Positions 10,432-19,882 of a DNA stretch of 64,000 nucleotides are shown here, piece by piece. The notes beneath the pieces were generated by a model. It was given only the letters and a program-made list of their open reading frames with translations. It searched no databases and was not told where the DNA came from. The stretch is from assembly GCA_963795155.1 (NCBI GenBank), contig CAWCGY010000038.1, forward strand, positions 1,350 through 65,349. Direction: 5' to 3'. Position 1 is the first letter of the stretch, and every line of letters begins with the position of its first letter. This DNA comes from an uncultured Actinomycetota bacterium. GTDB lineage: Bacteria > Actinomycetota > Actinomycetes > Propionibacteriales > Nocardioidaceae. A program made the translations under genes and the position numbers.

Positions 10432-11147
10432 AGGTGCTCCTCTACGGCGGCGGCACTGACGGCGAGGTGTTCATCATGCCTGTCGAGTGGTGGCTCGAGC
10501 CCCGCGGCCCGCCGTACGTTCACGAACCGCATGCGGTGGATCGGGCACGGCCCGTGCTCGGCCAGGGCCGCGGTGTGCTCGTCGGTGACATAGCCCTTAT
10601 GCGTCTTGAAGTCGTACGCCGGCCAGTCGGCGTCCAGCTCGGTCATGATCCGATCGCGGGTGACCTTGGCCAGCACCGACGCGGCCGAGATGCACGCGGC
10701 AACCCGGTCGCCCTTCCAGACGGCGAGGCCGGGCACCCCCAGGCCGTCGACGGGGAAACCATCGGTCAGTACGTACGCGGGGGGCAGGTCCAGCAGAGCG
10801 ACCGCCCGTCGCAGCGCCTCCACGTTGGCGACATGCATGCCGAGACGATCGCACTCGTCGTGCGAGATCACCACGACCGACCAGGCCAATGCTCGGCGGA
10901 CCACGTGCTGATAACAGCGCTCCCGCGCCTTCGCGGTGAGCAGCTTCGAGTCGGCCAGGCCCGGTATGACACCGGCCTTGCCGGGGGGCAAGATCGCGGC
11001 CGCGGCGACCAACGGCCCCGCGCAGGCTCCACGGCCTGCCTCGTCGACACCTGCGACCGGCTCGATGCCGTGTCGTCGCAGCGCGCGCTCGTAGCCGTAG
11101 AGGCCGGCGTCGCGACGAACGGTCAGCCCTCGGGGCAGCGCGGACAT
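10428..11147 (-). CDS. rnhB: Ribonuclease HII
   Basis: GVDEAGRG, DSKLL, AASVLAKVTRD. Confidence 0.95.
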   Translation of the reverse strand: MSALPRGLTVRRDAGLYGYERALRRHGIEPVAGVDEAGRGACAGPLVAAAAILPPGKAGVIPGLADSKLLTAKARERCYQHVVRRALAWSVVVISHDECDRLGMHVANVEALRRAVALLDLPPAYVLTDGFPVDGLGVPGLAVWKGDRVAACISAASVLAKVTRDRIMTELDADWPAYDFKTHKGYVTDEHTAALAEHGPCPIHRMRFVNVRRAAGLEPPLDRHDEHLAVSAAAVEEHL

Positions 11148-11160
11148 GCTCGATGATCCG

Positions 11161-11979
11161 TCACGAGGCGTCAGGAATGTCGGAGAACGTGTCGGGACGG
11201 TGCACCCAGTCGAAGCGGTCACGGGGCCAGATCAGCACCATCACCTTGCCGACCACCAAGTCGGTGCCGATGTAGGGGCTGTCGGTGCAGTCGGTGGCCG
11301 CTCCATCGAGACACTCCATGTGCACCGTCGAGTCAGCGGAGTTGGCGCGGTTGTCGCCCATCACGAAGATCTTGCCCTTCGGGATCGGGCCAGCGGTCCA
11401 GCCGCCGGAGTCGCACTGCTGGGTCATGGGCCCGTTGCAGGGCAGGTCGGCGTCATCGACGTAGGCCGCTTCCTCGAGCGGGACGCCGTTGACCATCAGC
11501 CGCCCCTCGTCGTCACAGCAGGTGATCGTGTCGCCAGCGACCCCGATCACTCGCTTCACGAGGTGACCGCCGGAGGGGTACAGCCCGATCTTGGCCATCA
11601 CCTTGGTCAGCGGGTTCGCCGGACCGACCTCTTCGGTCGGGGACAGCCAGCCTCCAGGATCCTCAAAGACCACGACGTCGCCTCGTTCCGGGGAGTCGCC
11701 GAACCAGTAGGAGACCTTTTGCACCAGGATCCGGTCGTTGGTGGCCAGACCAGGCTCCATGGACTCCGAGGGGATGTAGAAGGCCTGAACGAAGAGCGCC
11801 TTCATCACGATCGCCAGGACCAGCGCAGTCCCGACCAGCAGGATCGTCTCCTGCCAGATCGGCAGGTGCTTGCGTCGGTGTGGGGTCGCTTTGGCGACCG
11901 CTTCCGGCTCGGCTGTCACCGGCTCGGACTCGGCGTCGACGGCGTCGCCCCACTCGGGGCGCGCGTCGTCGGTGGTCAC
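11161..11979 (-). CDS. lepB: Signal peptidase I
   Basis: TM helix then IPSESMEP (Ser), VKRVIG (Lys), MGDNRANSADS; start codon uncertain. Confidence 0.93.
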   Translation of the reverse strand: MTTDDARPEWGDAVDAESEPVTAEPEAVAKATPHRRKHLPIWQETILLVGTALVLAIVMKALFVQAFYIPSESMEPGLATNDRILVQKVSYWFGDSPERGDVVVFEDPGGWLSPTEEVGPANPLTKVMAKIGLYPSGGHLVKRVIGVAGDTITCCDDEGRLMVNGVPLEEAAYVDDADLPCNGPMTQQCDSGGWTAGPIPKGKIFVMGDNRANSADSTVHMECLDGAATDCTDSPYIGTDLVVGKVMVLIWPRDRFDWVHRPDTFSDIPDAS

Positions 11980-12023
11980 TCCGTGAGTGTAGGTACGCCG
12001 TGGGCGCGGCTGCGGTACCGGGC

Positions 12024-12374
12024 TCAGCCCTCGCGGCGTTCCTTGATCTTTGCGGCCTTGCCTCGCAAGTTGCGCAAGTAGTAGAGCTTGGCCCGGCGTA
12101 CATCTCCGCGGCTCACGATCTCGATCTCCTCGAAGATCGGCGAGTGCAGCGGGAAGGTGCGCTCGACACCGACGCCGAAGGAGACCTTCCGGACGGTGAA
12201 GGTACGACCAATGCCGGAGCCGTGGATGCGGATCACGACGCCCTGAAAGATCTGGACGCGGGAGCGGTTGCCCTCGACGACCTTGACGTGGACCTTGACG
12301 GTGTCTCCCGCGCGGAAGGCGGGTACGTCGTCGCGCTTGAGGGCATTGCCGAGCTCGGCAATCACGTTGCTCAT
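12024..12374 (-). CDS. rplS: 50S ribosomal protein L19
   Basis: [32 protein letters not shown]. Confidence 0.98.
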   Translation of the reverse strand: MSNVIAELGNALKRDDVPAFRAGDTVKVHVKVVEGNRSRVQIFQGVVIRIHGSGIGRTFTVRKVSFGVGVERTFPLHSPIFEEIEIVSRGDVRRAKLYYLRNLRGKAAKIKERREG

Positions 12375-12381
12375 TACTTCT

Positions 12382-12480
12382 CCTCGCGAGTGCCACAGAC
12401 CAGCCGCGGTATTGGATGTGTTCAGCTGTAGGTCCAGTCATGGTGGCCGGCGGCGCGAGGCACCCTCTGTGGCAGGTGCC
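12382..12480 (-). promoter_or_regulatory. Structured 5' leader of rplS (possible pseudoknot over the SD)
   Basis: Complementary segments 12480-12475/12464-12459, 12474-12466/12399-12391, 12460-12454/12388-12382. Confidence 0.45.
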
Positions 12481-12634
12481 CGACGCAGACTCCCCGTGTG
12501 TTCCTCGAGGCGGTCCTTCGACCGACTGGGCCGATGGGCGATTCTGCCACAGCGCCGCCGCTCCCCCGAAATTCGGGATAGTCCCGGGTCAGTGGCTGGT
12601 GAAATCGACCGAAATGACCGCCACTGACCCGGGA

Positions 12635-13789
12635 CTACCGCGGTTGGGCAGGTCGCGGTTTCGTCATCCGGACCACACCGGGCTCGGGTTGGCCCGCGAG
12701 GCGGTAGCCGGCCTTCTTGTAGATGCGCTGGTTGCGGAGGCTGCCGGCACCGGTGAACAGCTCGTACGACGTCGCCTCGGCCGGAGCCTCTTCCTCGATC
12801 CGGCTGAGCAGCCAGCGGCCCAGACCCTGGCCCTGCAGGTCGGGGGCCACCATCACCCGACCGATGTCCCAGGTCTGGTCGCGGAGGGTTCCCCGGACCG
12901 CCCCCACGAGTCGGTCGGCGGCGCGTACGACGAGCACCACCCCGTGCGCCACCCACTCCTGCACGTCCTCGAACGACTCCAGGAGCGCCGGGATTGGGAC
13001 GTCAGGATTGTCCTGGGCCTCCTGCACCCAACAGGCCCGCTGGAGCGTCAGCAGCTCACCGGCGTCGGACGCGACGACCCGTGCTGCCTCGAAGCCCGCC
13101 AGCTGCGACGACGGTCGCAGCATGTCCGGCCGGCGCGCAGCCGTCCGCTCCCGAGCGCTGGCGTGGCGCCAATCCGCAATGCGACCGTGGTCTCCGGACA
13201 ACAGCACGTCCGGGACCGAGAGGTCGCGCCAGGTCGCGGGCTTGGTGAAGACGGGGTACTCCAGGAGGCCGTCCTGGTGCGACTCCTCGGCCAGCGACTC
13301 AGCATTGCCCATGAAGCCCGGCAGCAGCCGGACAACAGCCTCGGTGATCGCGAGCGCCGCGACCTCGCCACCGTTGAGCACGTAGTCGCCGATCGAGATC
13401 TCGCGCACCTCGGCGCGGCCGCCGGCATGATCGATCACGCGCTGATCGATCCCCTCGTAACGACCGCAGGCGAAGACCAGGCGGTCCTGCACCGACAGCT
13501 CACGGGCCAGAGCCTGGGTGAACGGCTCCCCCGACGGCGTCGGCACGATCACCACCGCACCGTCGATGCCGAGCTCGTCGAACGCCTCGCCCCAGGGCTC
13601 GGGTCTCATGACCATGCCCGCGCCGCCGCCGTACGGCGTGTCGTCGACGCTGTGGTGGCGGTCGCGCGTCCACTGCCGCAGGTCGTGGACGCTGACCTCG
13701 ATCAGGCCGGCCGCAACCGCCTTGCCCGGCAGCGAGAGCGCCAGCGGTGCGAAATAGTCGGGGAAGATCGTGACGAAGTCGAGCCGCAC
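12635..13789 (-). CDS. trmD: tRNA (guanine37-N1)-methyltransferase fused to a C-terminal GNAT domain
   Basis: [28 protein letters not shown]; C-terminal ~150 aa with [11 protein letters not shown] and N..IYKKAGY. Confidence 0.93.
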   Translation of the reverse strand: MRLDFVTIFPDYFAPLALSLPGKAVAAGLIEVSVHDLRQWTRDRHHSVDDTPYGGGAGMVMRPEPWGEAFDELGIDGAVVIVPTPSGEPFTQALARELSVQDRLVFACGRYEGIDQRVIDHAGGRAEVREISIGDYVLNGGEVAALAITEAVVRLLPGFMGNAESLAEESHQDGLLEYPVFTKPATWRDLSVPDVLLSGDHGRIADWRHASARERTAARRPDMLRPSSQLAGFEAARVVASDAGELLTLQRACWVQEAQDNPDVPIPALLESFEDVQEWVAHGVVLVVRAADRLVGAVRGTLRDQTWDIGRVMVAPDLQGQGLGRWLLSRIEEEAPAEATSYELFTGAGSLRNQRIYKKAGYRLAGQPEPGVVRMTKPRPAQPR

Positions 13790-13790
13790 G

Positions 13791-14342
13791 TCAGTCGTCC
13801 TCGGGCAGCGGGGTGACCAACCCCGGCCGGTCCGCGACCACGACCCGGCCAGCAGCCACGTCGACCTCGGGCACCAGCGCCTTGACGAACGGCACCAGGG
13901 TGTCGCGCGCGTCGGGCGTCCGGATGGTCAGCAGGTCCTGTGCGCCGCTGTGGAGCACCGCGGTCACCTCGCCGAGCAGTCGGCCGTCGACGTCGTACGC
14001 CGTCAGCCCGATCAGCTGATGGTCGTAGAACTCGTCGGGGTCGTCGGGGGTCTCGTCCGCGGCGATGGTGGCGTGGAGCAGCACACCTCGTGCGGACTCC
14101 GCCGCGTCACGGCCAGCCAACTCCTCGAAACGCACCAACAGCCGCGACGAGTGCCAGCGGGTGCTGGCCACGGTCAGCCTGGACAGGCCGAACGCCGATC
14201 CGCTGGGTGCCTGCGCGCGAAGCGTGGCACCTGGCGCGAATCGGCGCTCGGGTTCGTCTGTGCGGACCTCGACGGTGAGATCGCCGCGGAGGCCGTGCGG
14301 CTTGCCGACCCGGCCTACGACGACCTCGGTCGGCTCGCTCAA
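13791..14342 (-). CDS. rimM: Ribosome maturation factor RimM
   Basis: [26 protein letters not shown]. Confidence 0.95.
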   Translation of the reverse strand: MSEPTEVVVGRVGKPHGLRGDLTVEVRTDEPERRFAPGATLRAQAPSGSAFGLSRLTVASTRWHSSRLLVRFEELAGRDAAESARGVLLHATIAADETPDDPDEFYDHQLIGLTAYDVDGRLLGEVTAVLHSGAQDLLTIRTPDARDTLVPFVKALVPEVDVAAGRVVVADRPGLVTPLPEDD

Positions 14343-14343
14343 C

Positions 14344-14586
14344 TCAGCGGCGTCGGTCGACGTCGACGAAGTCGATCCGCGCGCCGCTCTTGCCGGCGAG
14401 CGCGTTGATCACGGTGCGGAAAGCGGTCGCCGTCCGGCCGTTACGGCCGATCACCTTCCCGAGGTCATCGGGGTGCACCCGGACCTCGAGGATGGACCCG
14501 CGACGCAGCTGCTTGTCGCGAACGGTTACGTCGTCGGGGTTGTCAACAACGCCGCGGACCAGGTGTTCGAGTGCGTCTGCCAGCAC
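14344..14586 (-). CDS. khpA: KH-domain RNA-binding protein KhpA
   Basis: DLGKVIGRNGRTA; located between rpsP and rimM. Confidence 0.92.
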   Translation of the reverse strand: MLADALEHLVRGVVDNPDDVTVRDKQLRRGSILEVRVHPDDLGKVIGRNGRTATAFRTVINALAGKSGARIDFVDVDRRR

Positions 14587-14591
14587 GGGCT

Positions 14592-15221
14592 TCAGTTCCC
14601 GGGCTCGGTCTTGGCCTCGGCGGTCTCGGCGTCAGCGGCCGCACCCTCCGGGGTCTCGTCGGCAGGCACAGCGGCCGGGGCCTCAGCGGCAGCTTCAGCC
14701 GCGGGGGCCTCTACCTCGGCCGGAGCCTCGGCAGCAGCTTCAGCCGCGGGGGCCTCTACCTCGGCCGGAGCCTCGGCAGCAGGAGCCTCGGCCGGCGTCT
14801 CCGCAGGAGACTCCTCGGGGGCAGGCGCGCTCTTCTTGGCGGCCTTCTTCTTGGTCACCGCGCCGGCCTTGGGCTCGTTGGCGGAGTCCTTGAGTGCCTC
14901 GTTGAAGATCTCGAGCTTGTCGCGCTTGGGGTCGGCCACCCGGAGGGTGCCCTCGGTGCCCGGCAGGCCCTTGAACTTCTGCCAGTCGCCGGTGATCCGG
15001 AGCAGCTTGTGCACGGCCTCGGACGGCTGTGCGCCGACCCCGAGCCAGTACTGCGCCCGCTCGGAGACGACCGTGATGACGCTCGGGTCTTCCTTGGGGT
15101 GGTACTTGCCGATCTCCTCGATCACCTTGCCGTCGCGCTTCTTGCGCGAGTCGACGACGACGATGCGGTACTGCGGCACCCGGACCTTGCCCAGGCGCTT
15201 CAAACGGATCTTGACTGCCAC
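14592..15221 (-). CDS. rpsP: 30S ribosomal protein S16 with long Ala/Glu/Pro tail
   Basis: [12 protein letters not shown]...YRIVVVDSR; GTG start at 15221 after GAGGAG. Confidence 0.96.
   Translation of the reverse strand: MAVKIRLKRLGKVRVPQYRIVVVDSRKKRDGKVIEEIGKYHPKEDPSVITVVSERAQYWLGVGAQPSEAVHKLLRITGDWQKFKGLPGTEGTLRVADPKRDKLEIFNEALKDSANEPKAGAVTKKKAAKKSAPAPEESPAETPAEAPAAEAPAEVEAPAAEAAAEAPAEVEAPAAEAAAEAPAAVPADETPEGAAADAETAEAKTEPGN
14680..14782. repeat. 45-bp tandem repeat (about 2.3 copies) in the rpsP tail
   Basis: gcagcttcagccgcgggggcctctacctcggccggagcctcggca occurs twice; encodes [15 protein letters not shown]. Confidence 0.85.
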
Positions 15222-15382
15222 AGCTGTGGTGTCTCCTCGGAACTCGTGTGTGGTGAAGAACCGCCGCCGGCGTGGGGACACCAGGTCGGGTCTTCGAAGG
15301 GCCACGCGCTGTTCGGATGAGAGGGGCCGAACACGCAGGACTCAGCCGCAGATTGTGCCAGAGGCGGCCGCGTCGGCCGAAT

Positions 15383-16039
15383 TCACGCCCCGCGGTCGAG
15401 CCCGATCAGGCGGCGCAGCGGCTCGACTCCCTCCACGACCACGTCGTGCTCACCGCGGATGAAGGCATCGGGGGCCAGCACCAGTCCGATGTTCACGGCC
15501 AGCTCCCCCGGCCGCCGCTCCATGCGGGTTCGGCCGTTCTCCTGGTAGCCCACCTTGCGGGAGACCGCCAGCGATGCGGGGTTGTCCGTGAACGCGCCTG
15601 AGGTGATCTCCGCGAAGTCGAGATGGTCGAAGAGGAAGGCACACATCGCCTGGCGCATCGCGGTGCCGACACCCTGACCCTGATGGGCCAGCCCCAGCCA
15701 CGAACCGGTCTCGCCGCTCCTCGTGATGAGGAAGTCCTTCGTGCTCACGCCCTGGGCCCCGAGCAGCACGCCATCGCGCCAGACGCCGAGGCTGAGCTCC
15801 CACTTCGCGGCGGAGAATGCGGCGCGACTCCGCCAGTGGTGCTGCAGTGTGTTGCGCCCCAGCTCACCCGCCGGTGCGTCGGTCCAGGGCTCGACGAACG
15901 GCATGCGATCCGGCGGGTGCACCCCTCGCTGAACCAGCGCGGCGAGCTCGACCAGGTCGTCGTCGGTGAGGCCCCGAAGCTCGAGCGGCCCGGCCACGAT
16001 GTGCACGCCCAGTGGGGCGAAGATGTCGGCGATCTCCAT
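15383..16039 (-). CDS. RimJ/RimL-type GNAT acetyltransferase
   Basis: ETGSWLG..HQGQGVG, DNPASLAVSRKVGY. Confidence 0.88.
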   Translation of the reverse strand: MEIADIFAPLGVHIVAGPLELRGLTDDDLVELAALVQRGVHPPDRMPFVEPWTDAPAGELGRNTLQHHWRSRAAFSAAKWELSLGVWRDGVLLGAQGVSTKDFLITRSGETGSWLGLAHQGQGVGTAMRQAMCAFLFDHLDFAEITSGAFTDNPASLAVSRKVGYQENGRTRMERRPGELAVNIGLVLAPDAFIRGEHDVVVEGVEPLRRLIGLDRGA

Positions 16040-16092
16040 CACGTCAGTCTGCGGCAAGCGGCTTCCAGTTCGCGAGCGAGATACTGCTGCCC

Positions 16093-16701
16093 ATGAGCAG
16101 CCCACAGCCGCCGTACGGACAGCCCTACCGGCCGCCGCCGGTGTATCCGGCGTACCAGAAGCCGGTGTCGAGCCGACGCCGCCCGAGCGGCTGGTGGTTC
16201 GTGGTGGCGGGCCTGCTGATGGTGGCGGGCATCGCAGTCGGGGTACTGCTGATCATCCAGTCCGTGCGGGCGTTCGTCGAGGTGGACGCCACCATCCAGG
16301 CCGACGGCGAGACCCACAGCATCACCGTGGACACCGACCAGGACCGGATGGTGTGGGTCCACCCGTCCCAGACGGAGAATTGCTCGATCGTCGATGCCAG
16401 GACCGGCGAGGAAGTCGGGCTGGACGACGTGAGCGCGAGCTACAGCAAGGACGTCGGCTCGGGGTCGTGGGAGGGCGCCAGCACCTTCGATCCGGGCTCG
16501 GGCGAGCTCGAGATCACCTGCGCCGCGAGCGGCGGCGAGATCCAGATCGGGCCGGCCCCTGACATCGGCGGTTTCGTCGGCGGGCTGGTCGGCGGCATCC
16601 TGCTCGCCCTGTTGCTGGGCGGAGCCGGCTTCGTGATGCTGATCGTGGTCGCGATCCTGTTCGCGACCGGGAGGCCCCGCAACGTGCCTGCCCCGCAGTA
16701 G
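16093..16701 (+). CDS. Hypothetical membrane protein (two TM regions, extracellular loop with two Cys)
   Basis: Pro/Tyr-rich N-terminus and two hydrophobic segments. Confidence 0.7.
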   Translation: MSSPQPPYGQPYRPPPVYPAYQKPVSSRRRPSGWWFVVAGLLMVAGIAVGVLLIIQSVRAFVEVDATIQADGETHSITVDTDQDRMVWVHPSQTENCSIVDARTGEEVGLDDVSASYSKDVGSGSWEGASTFDPGSGELEITCAASGGEIQIGPAPDIGGFVGGLVGGILLALLLGGAGFVMLIVVAILFATGRPRNVPAPQ

Positions 16702-16752
16702 GCGTCCGGACGCTTCCTGACCGGAGACCACGCGTGATCGAGGGTCTCGGCA

Positions 16753-17826
16753 TCAGGCCACCACCTTTCCTCTCAGGACGATCCTGGTCGGCTCGAACAA
16801 CGCCGACAGGTCGGCGCGGGGGTCGCGGTCGTAGACAACGAAGTCGGCGGGGGCCCCCTCGGCGAGGTCGGCGTTCCAGCCGAGCCACTTCCGCGCGCGC
16901 CACGACGCCGCGCCCAGCGCGTAGTCGGCCGGCAGTCCAAGCTCGACCATGGCCACGACCTCTCCCACCAGGTTGCCGTGGCGGGAGACACCGCCGCCGT
17001 CGGATCCGGCGTAGAGCTGCACGCCGGCCTCGTAGGCCGCCATCACGGTGCCGCGGCGGCGGGCGTAGAGCTCGCTCATGTGTGCCGAGTACGTCGGGAA
17101 CCGCTCCGCTCCTGCCTCGGCGTACTGCGGGAACTTGTCGATCTGCATCACCGTCGGCACCAGCGCGACCTGCCGCTCGACCATCGCGCCGACCAGGTCC
17201 GGGGAGAGCCCGGTGCCGTGCTCGATGCAGTCGATGCCGGCGTCGATCAGCCCGGGCAGCACGGCCTCCCCGAAGCAGTGCGCGGTGACCCGGGCGCCGT
17301 GCTCGTGGGCGGTGGCGATGGCGGCGGCGAAGGTCTCGGCCGGCCAGGAAGGCGCCAGGTCGCCGTCATCGCGGGAGATCCAGTCGCCCACCAACTTCAC
17401 CCAGCCGTCGCCACGCTGCGCCTCCTGGGCGACGTACGCCGTCACCTCGTCGGGCTCCACCTCGTGGGCGTAGTTGCGGATGTAGCGCTTGGTGCGAGCG
17501 ATGTGACGTCCCGCCCGGATCAGGCGCGGCAAGTCATCGCGGTCGTGGATCCAGGAGGTGTCGAGGGCCGACCCGCAGTCGCGGATCAGCAGCGCGCCGC
17601 CATCACGATCGGCCAGCGCCTGCTGCTCGGCCTCCTCGTGGGTGGTGGGGCCGTCGTCATCGAGGCCGATGTGGCAGTGGGCGTCCACCAGCCCCGGCAC
17701 GATCCAACCCGATGCCGCCTGCTCGGCGCCGGCAGATTGCTCGTAGGTGACCTTGCCGTCGACGACATACAGCTCGCGGGTCTCTCCGTCGGGAAGCACC
17801 GGACCGTGGAACCTGAGTGCGGTCAT
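16753..17826 (-). CDS. Amidohydrolase superfamily protein
   Basis: PGLVDAHCH, VTAH, IEHG, GSDG metal-binding motifs. Confidence 0.9.
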   Translation of the reverse strand: MTALRFHGPVLPDGETRELYVVDGKVTYEQSAGAEQAASGWIVPGLVDAHCHIGLDDDGPTTHEEAEQQALADRDGGALLIRDCGSALDTSWIHDRDDLPRLIRAGRHIARTKRYIRNYAHEVEPDEVTAYVAQEAQRGDGWVKLVGDWISRDDGDLAPSWPAETFAAAIATAHEHGARVTAHCFGEAVLPGLIDAGIDCIEHGTGLSPDLVGAMVERQVALVPTVMQIDKFPQYAEAGAERFPTYSAHMSELYARRRGTVMAAYEAGVQLYAGSDGGGVSRHGNLVGEVVAMVELGLPADYALGAASWRARKWLGWNADLAEGAPADFVVYDRDPRADLSALFEPTRIVLRGKVVA

Positions 17827-17879
17827 CTACCGGACGCTACAAGCGTCCGGGTCACCCGTGGCCATGTCGGGCGCACGGG

Positions 17880-18245
17880 TCAGAGCCGGTCGAGCAACCA
17901 GGTCGGGCTGAGGGCTGTGCCCCAGCGCGCCACCCGCGCCTGGAGCAGCCGATCGGCGGAGACCACCGCGACCTTCTCCCCACGCTCGGAGGCAGCCTTG
18001 GCCTCGGCCACGATCGTGTCATCACCCTCGCCGCGGGCATGCACCGTTCGCACGTGGGCGTCGCGCCCGGCGGAGACCCCGCCCTTGGCAGCACCCTCGA
18101 GAACCAGCACCACTTCGTCGTACGCCGTGTCGGCGACCATCAGCTGCTCGTGCAGGCGTCGGGCCGCGCCAGCCCGGTCCTTCCACCAGCCGTCCGGGCG
18201 ACTGCCGACGACGTTCGCGCCGTCGACCACCAGCGTCGAGGACAC
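17880..18245 (-). CDS. NYN/YacP-like PIN-fold protein
   Basis: VVDGANV, GDDTIV, VVSADR acidic motifs. Confidence 0.75.
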   Translation of the reverse strand: MSSTLVVDGANVVGSRPDGWWKDRAGAARRLHEQLMVADTAYDEVVLVLEGAAKGGVSAGRDAHVRTVHARGEGDDTIVAEAKAASERGEKVAVVSADRLLQARVARWGTALSPTWLLDRL

Positions 18246-18257
18246 TTCAGGGCCCGC

Positions 18258-19847
18258 TCACTTCAAGAACTTGCTGAAGTCCTTGGGGAGGTCGAGGTTC
18301 GCGGCGGCCTGCTCGTAGTCAACCTCTTCACCGTCCGGCACACCGAACGGGTTCGAGTTCGCCTTGGCGGCCTTGGCCTTCTCCTGCTCGGCTGCCTTCG
18401 CCTGCGCAGCCTTCGCCGGGTTGCCGGAGACCCGACGACCCTTGGCCTTCTTCGGCTGCGACTTGCCCTTGCCCTTGCCACCCGGACCGCCCATCCCGGG
18501 CATCCCCGGAAGACCGGGCATGCCGGGCATACCGGGCATTCCGCCACCGCGAGCCATCTGCAGCATCATCTTGCGCGCCTCGAAGAAGCGGTCGACGAGC
18601 TGGTTGACGTCGGAGACCTGCCGGCCCGAGCCCCTGGCGATCCGAGAGCGACGGGACCCGTCGATCATCTTCGGGTTGGCCCGTTCGGCGGGGGTCATCG
18701 ACTGGATGACCGCCTCGATGCGGTCGATCTCACGGTCGTCGAAGTTCTCGAGCTGCTCGCGCATCTGACCCATGCCGGGGAGCATCCCGAGGATCTTGCT
18801 CATCGAGCCGAGCTTGCGGACCTGCTGCATCTGCTCGAGGAAGTCGTCGAGCGTGAACTCCCCGTCGCCGCTCAGCTTGCGGGCGGCATCGAGGGCCTTC
18901 TCCTGGTCGAACGACTTCTCAGCCTGTTCGATGAGCGTCATCATGTCGCCCATGTCGAGGATCCGACCGGCCATCCGGTCGGGGTGGAAGACGTCGAAGT
19001 CGGTGACCTTCTCCCCCGCGCTCGCGAACATCACCGGCCTGCCCGTGACCGAGCGGATCGACAGCGCGGCCCCACCGCGGGCATCACCATCGAGCTTGGT
19101 GAGCACGACGCCGTCGAATCCGACCCCCTCGAGGAAGGCCTGCGCCGTGGAGACCGCGTCCTGGCCGATCATCGCGTCGACGACGAACAGCACCTCGTCG
19201 GGCTGCACCGCGTCGCGGATGTCGGCGGCCTGCTGCATCAGCTCGGCATCGACGCCCAACCGGCCCGCTGTGTCGACGATGACGACGTCGTAGAGCTTGC
19301 GCTTGGCCTCATCCAGCGAGGCGCGCGCCACCGCGACCGGGTCGCCTACGCCATTGCCGGGCTCCGGCGCGAACACCGGGACGCCGGCCCGGTCACCGTT
19401 GACCTGGAGCTGGTTGACGGCGTTCGGTCGTTGCAGGTCGGCCGCGACCAGGACTGGCTGCTTGCCCTGCTCCTTGAGCCAGTGCGCGAGCTTGGCTGCG
19501 AGCGTGGTCTTGCCGGCACCCTGGAGCCCGGCGAGCATGATCACGGTCGGACCGGTCTTGGCGTAGCGCAAGCGACGAGTCTCGCCGCCGAGGATCTCGA
19601 CGAGCTCCTCGTTGACGATCTTGATGATCTGTTGGGCTGGGTTCAGCGCACCGCTGACCTCTTCGCCTCGCGATCGCTCCTTGACCGCTTCCACGAACTG
19701 CTTGACCACGGGCAGCGCAACGTCCGCCTCCAGCAGGGCGATCCGGATCTCGCGCGCAGTCGCGTCGATGTCGGCCTCGGAGAGCCGACCCTTGCCCCGA
19801 AGGTTCTTGAAGGTGTCGGAGAGGCGGTCGGAAAGTGTGGCGAACAA
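18258..19847 (-). CDS. ffh: Signal recognition particle protein
   Basis: GLQGAGKTT, DTAGR, TKLDG; M domain. Confidence 0.97.
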   Translation of the reverse strand: MFATLSDRLSDTFKNLRGKGRLSEADIDATAREIRIALLEADVALPVVKQFVEAVKERSRGEEVSGALNPAQQIIKIVNEELVEILGGETRRLRYAKTGPTVIMLAGLQGAGKTTLAAKLAHWLKEQGKQPVLVAADLQRPNAVNQLQVNGDRAGVPVFAPEPGNGVGDPVAVARASLDEAKRKLYDVVIVDTAGRLGVDAELMQQAADIRDAVQPDEVLFVVDAMIGQDAVSTAQAFLEGVGFDGVVLTKLDGDARGGAALSIRSVTGRPVMFASAGEKVTDFDVFHPDRMAGRILDMGDMMTLIEQAEKSFDQEKALDAARKLSGDGEFTLDDFLEQMQQVRKLGSMSKILGMLPGMGQMREQLENFDDREIDRIEAVIQSMTPAERANPKMIDGSRRSRIARGSGRQVSDVNQLVDRFFEARKMMLQMARGGGMPGMPGMPGLPGMPGMGGPGGKGKGKSQPKKAKGRRVSGNPAKAAQAKAAEQEKAKAAKANSNPFGVPDGEEVDYEQAAANLDLPKDFSKFLK

Positions 19848-19882
19848 GAGAGTCCTCGCGGTCGAAACGGTAGGGCTCCAGC

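Noticed and set aside
14680-14782. Repeat as a CRISPR array
   Set aside because: In-frame coding tandem repeat without spacers; no cas genes in the window.
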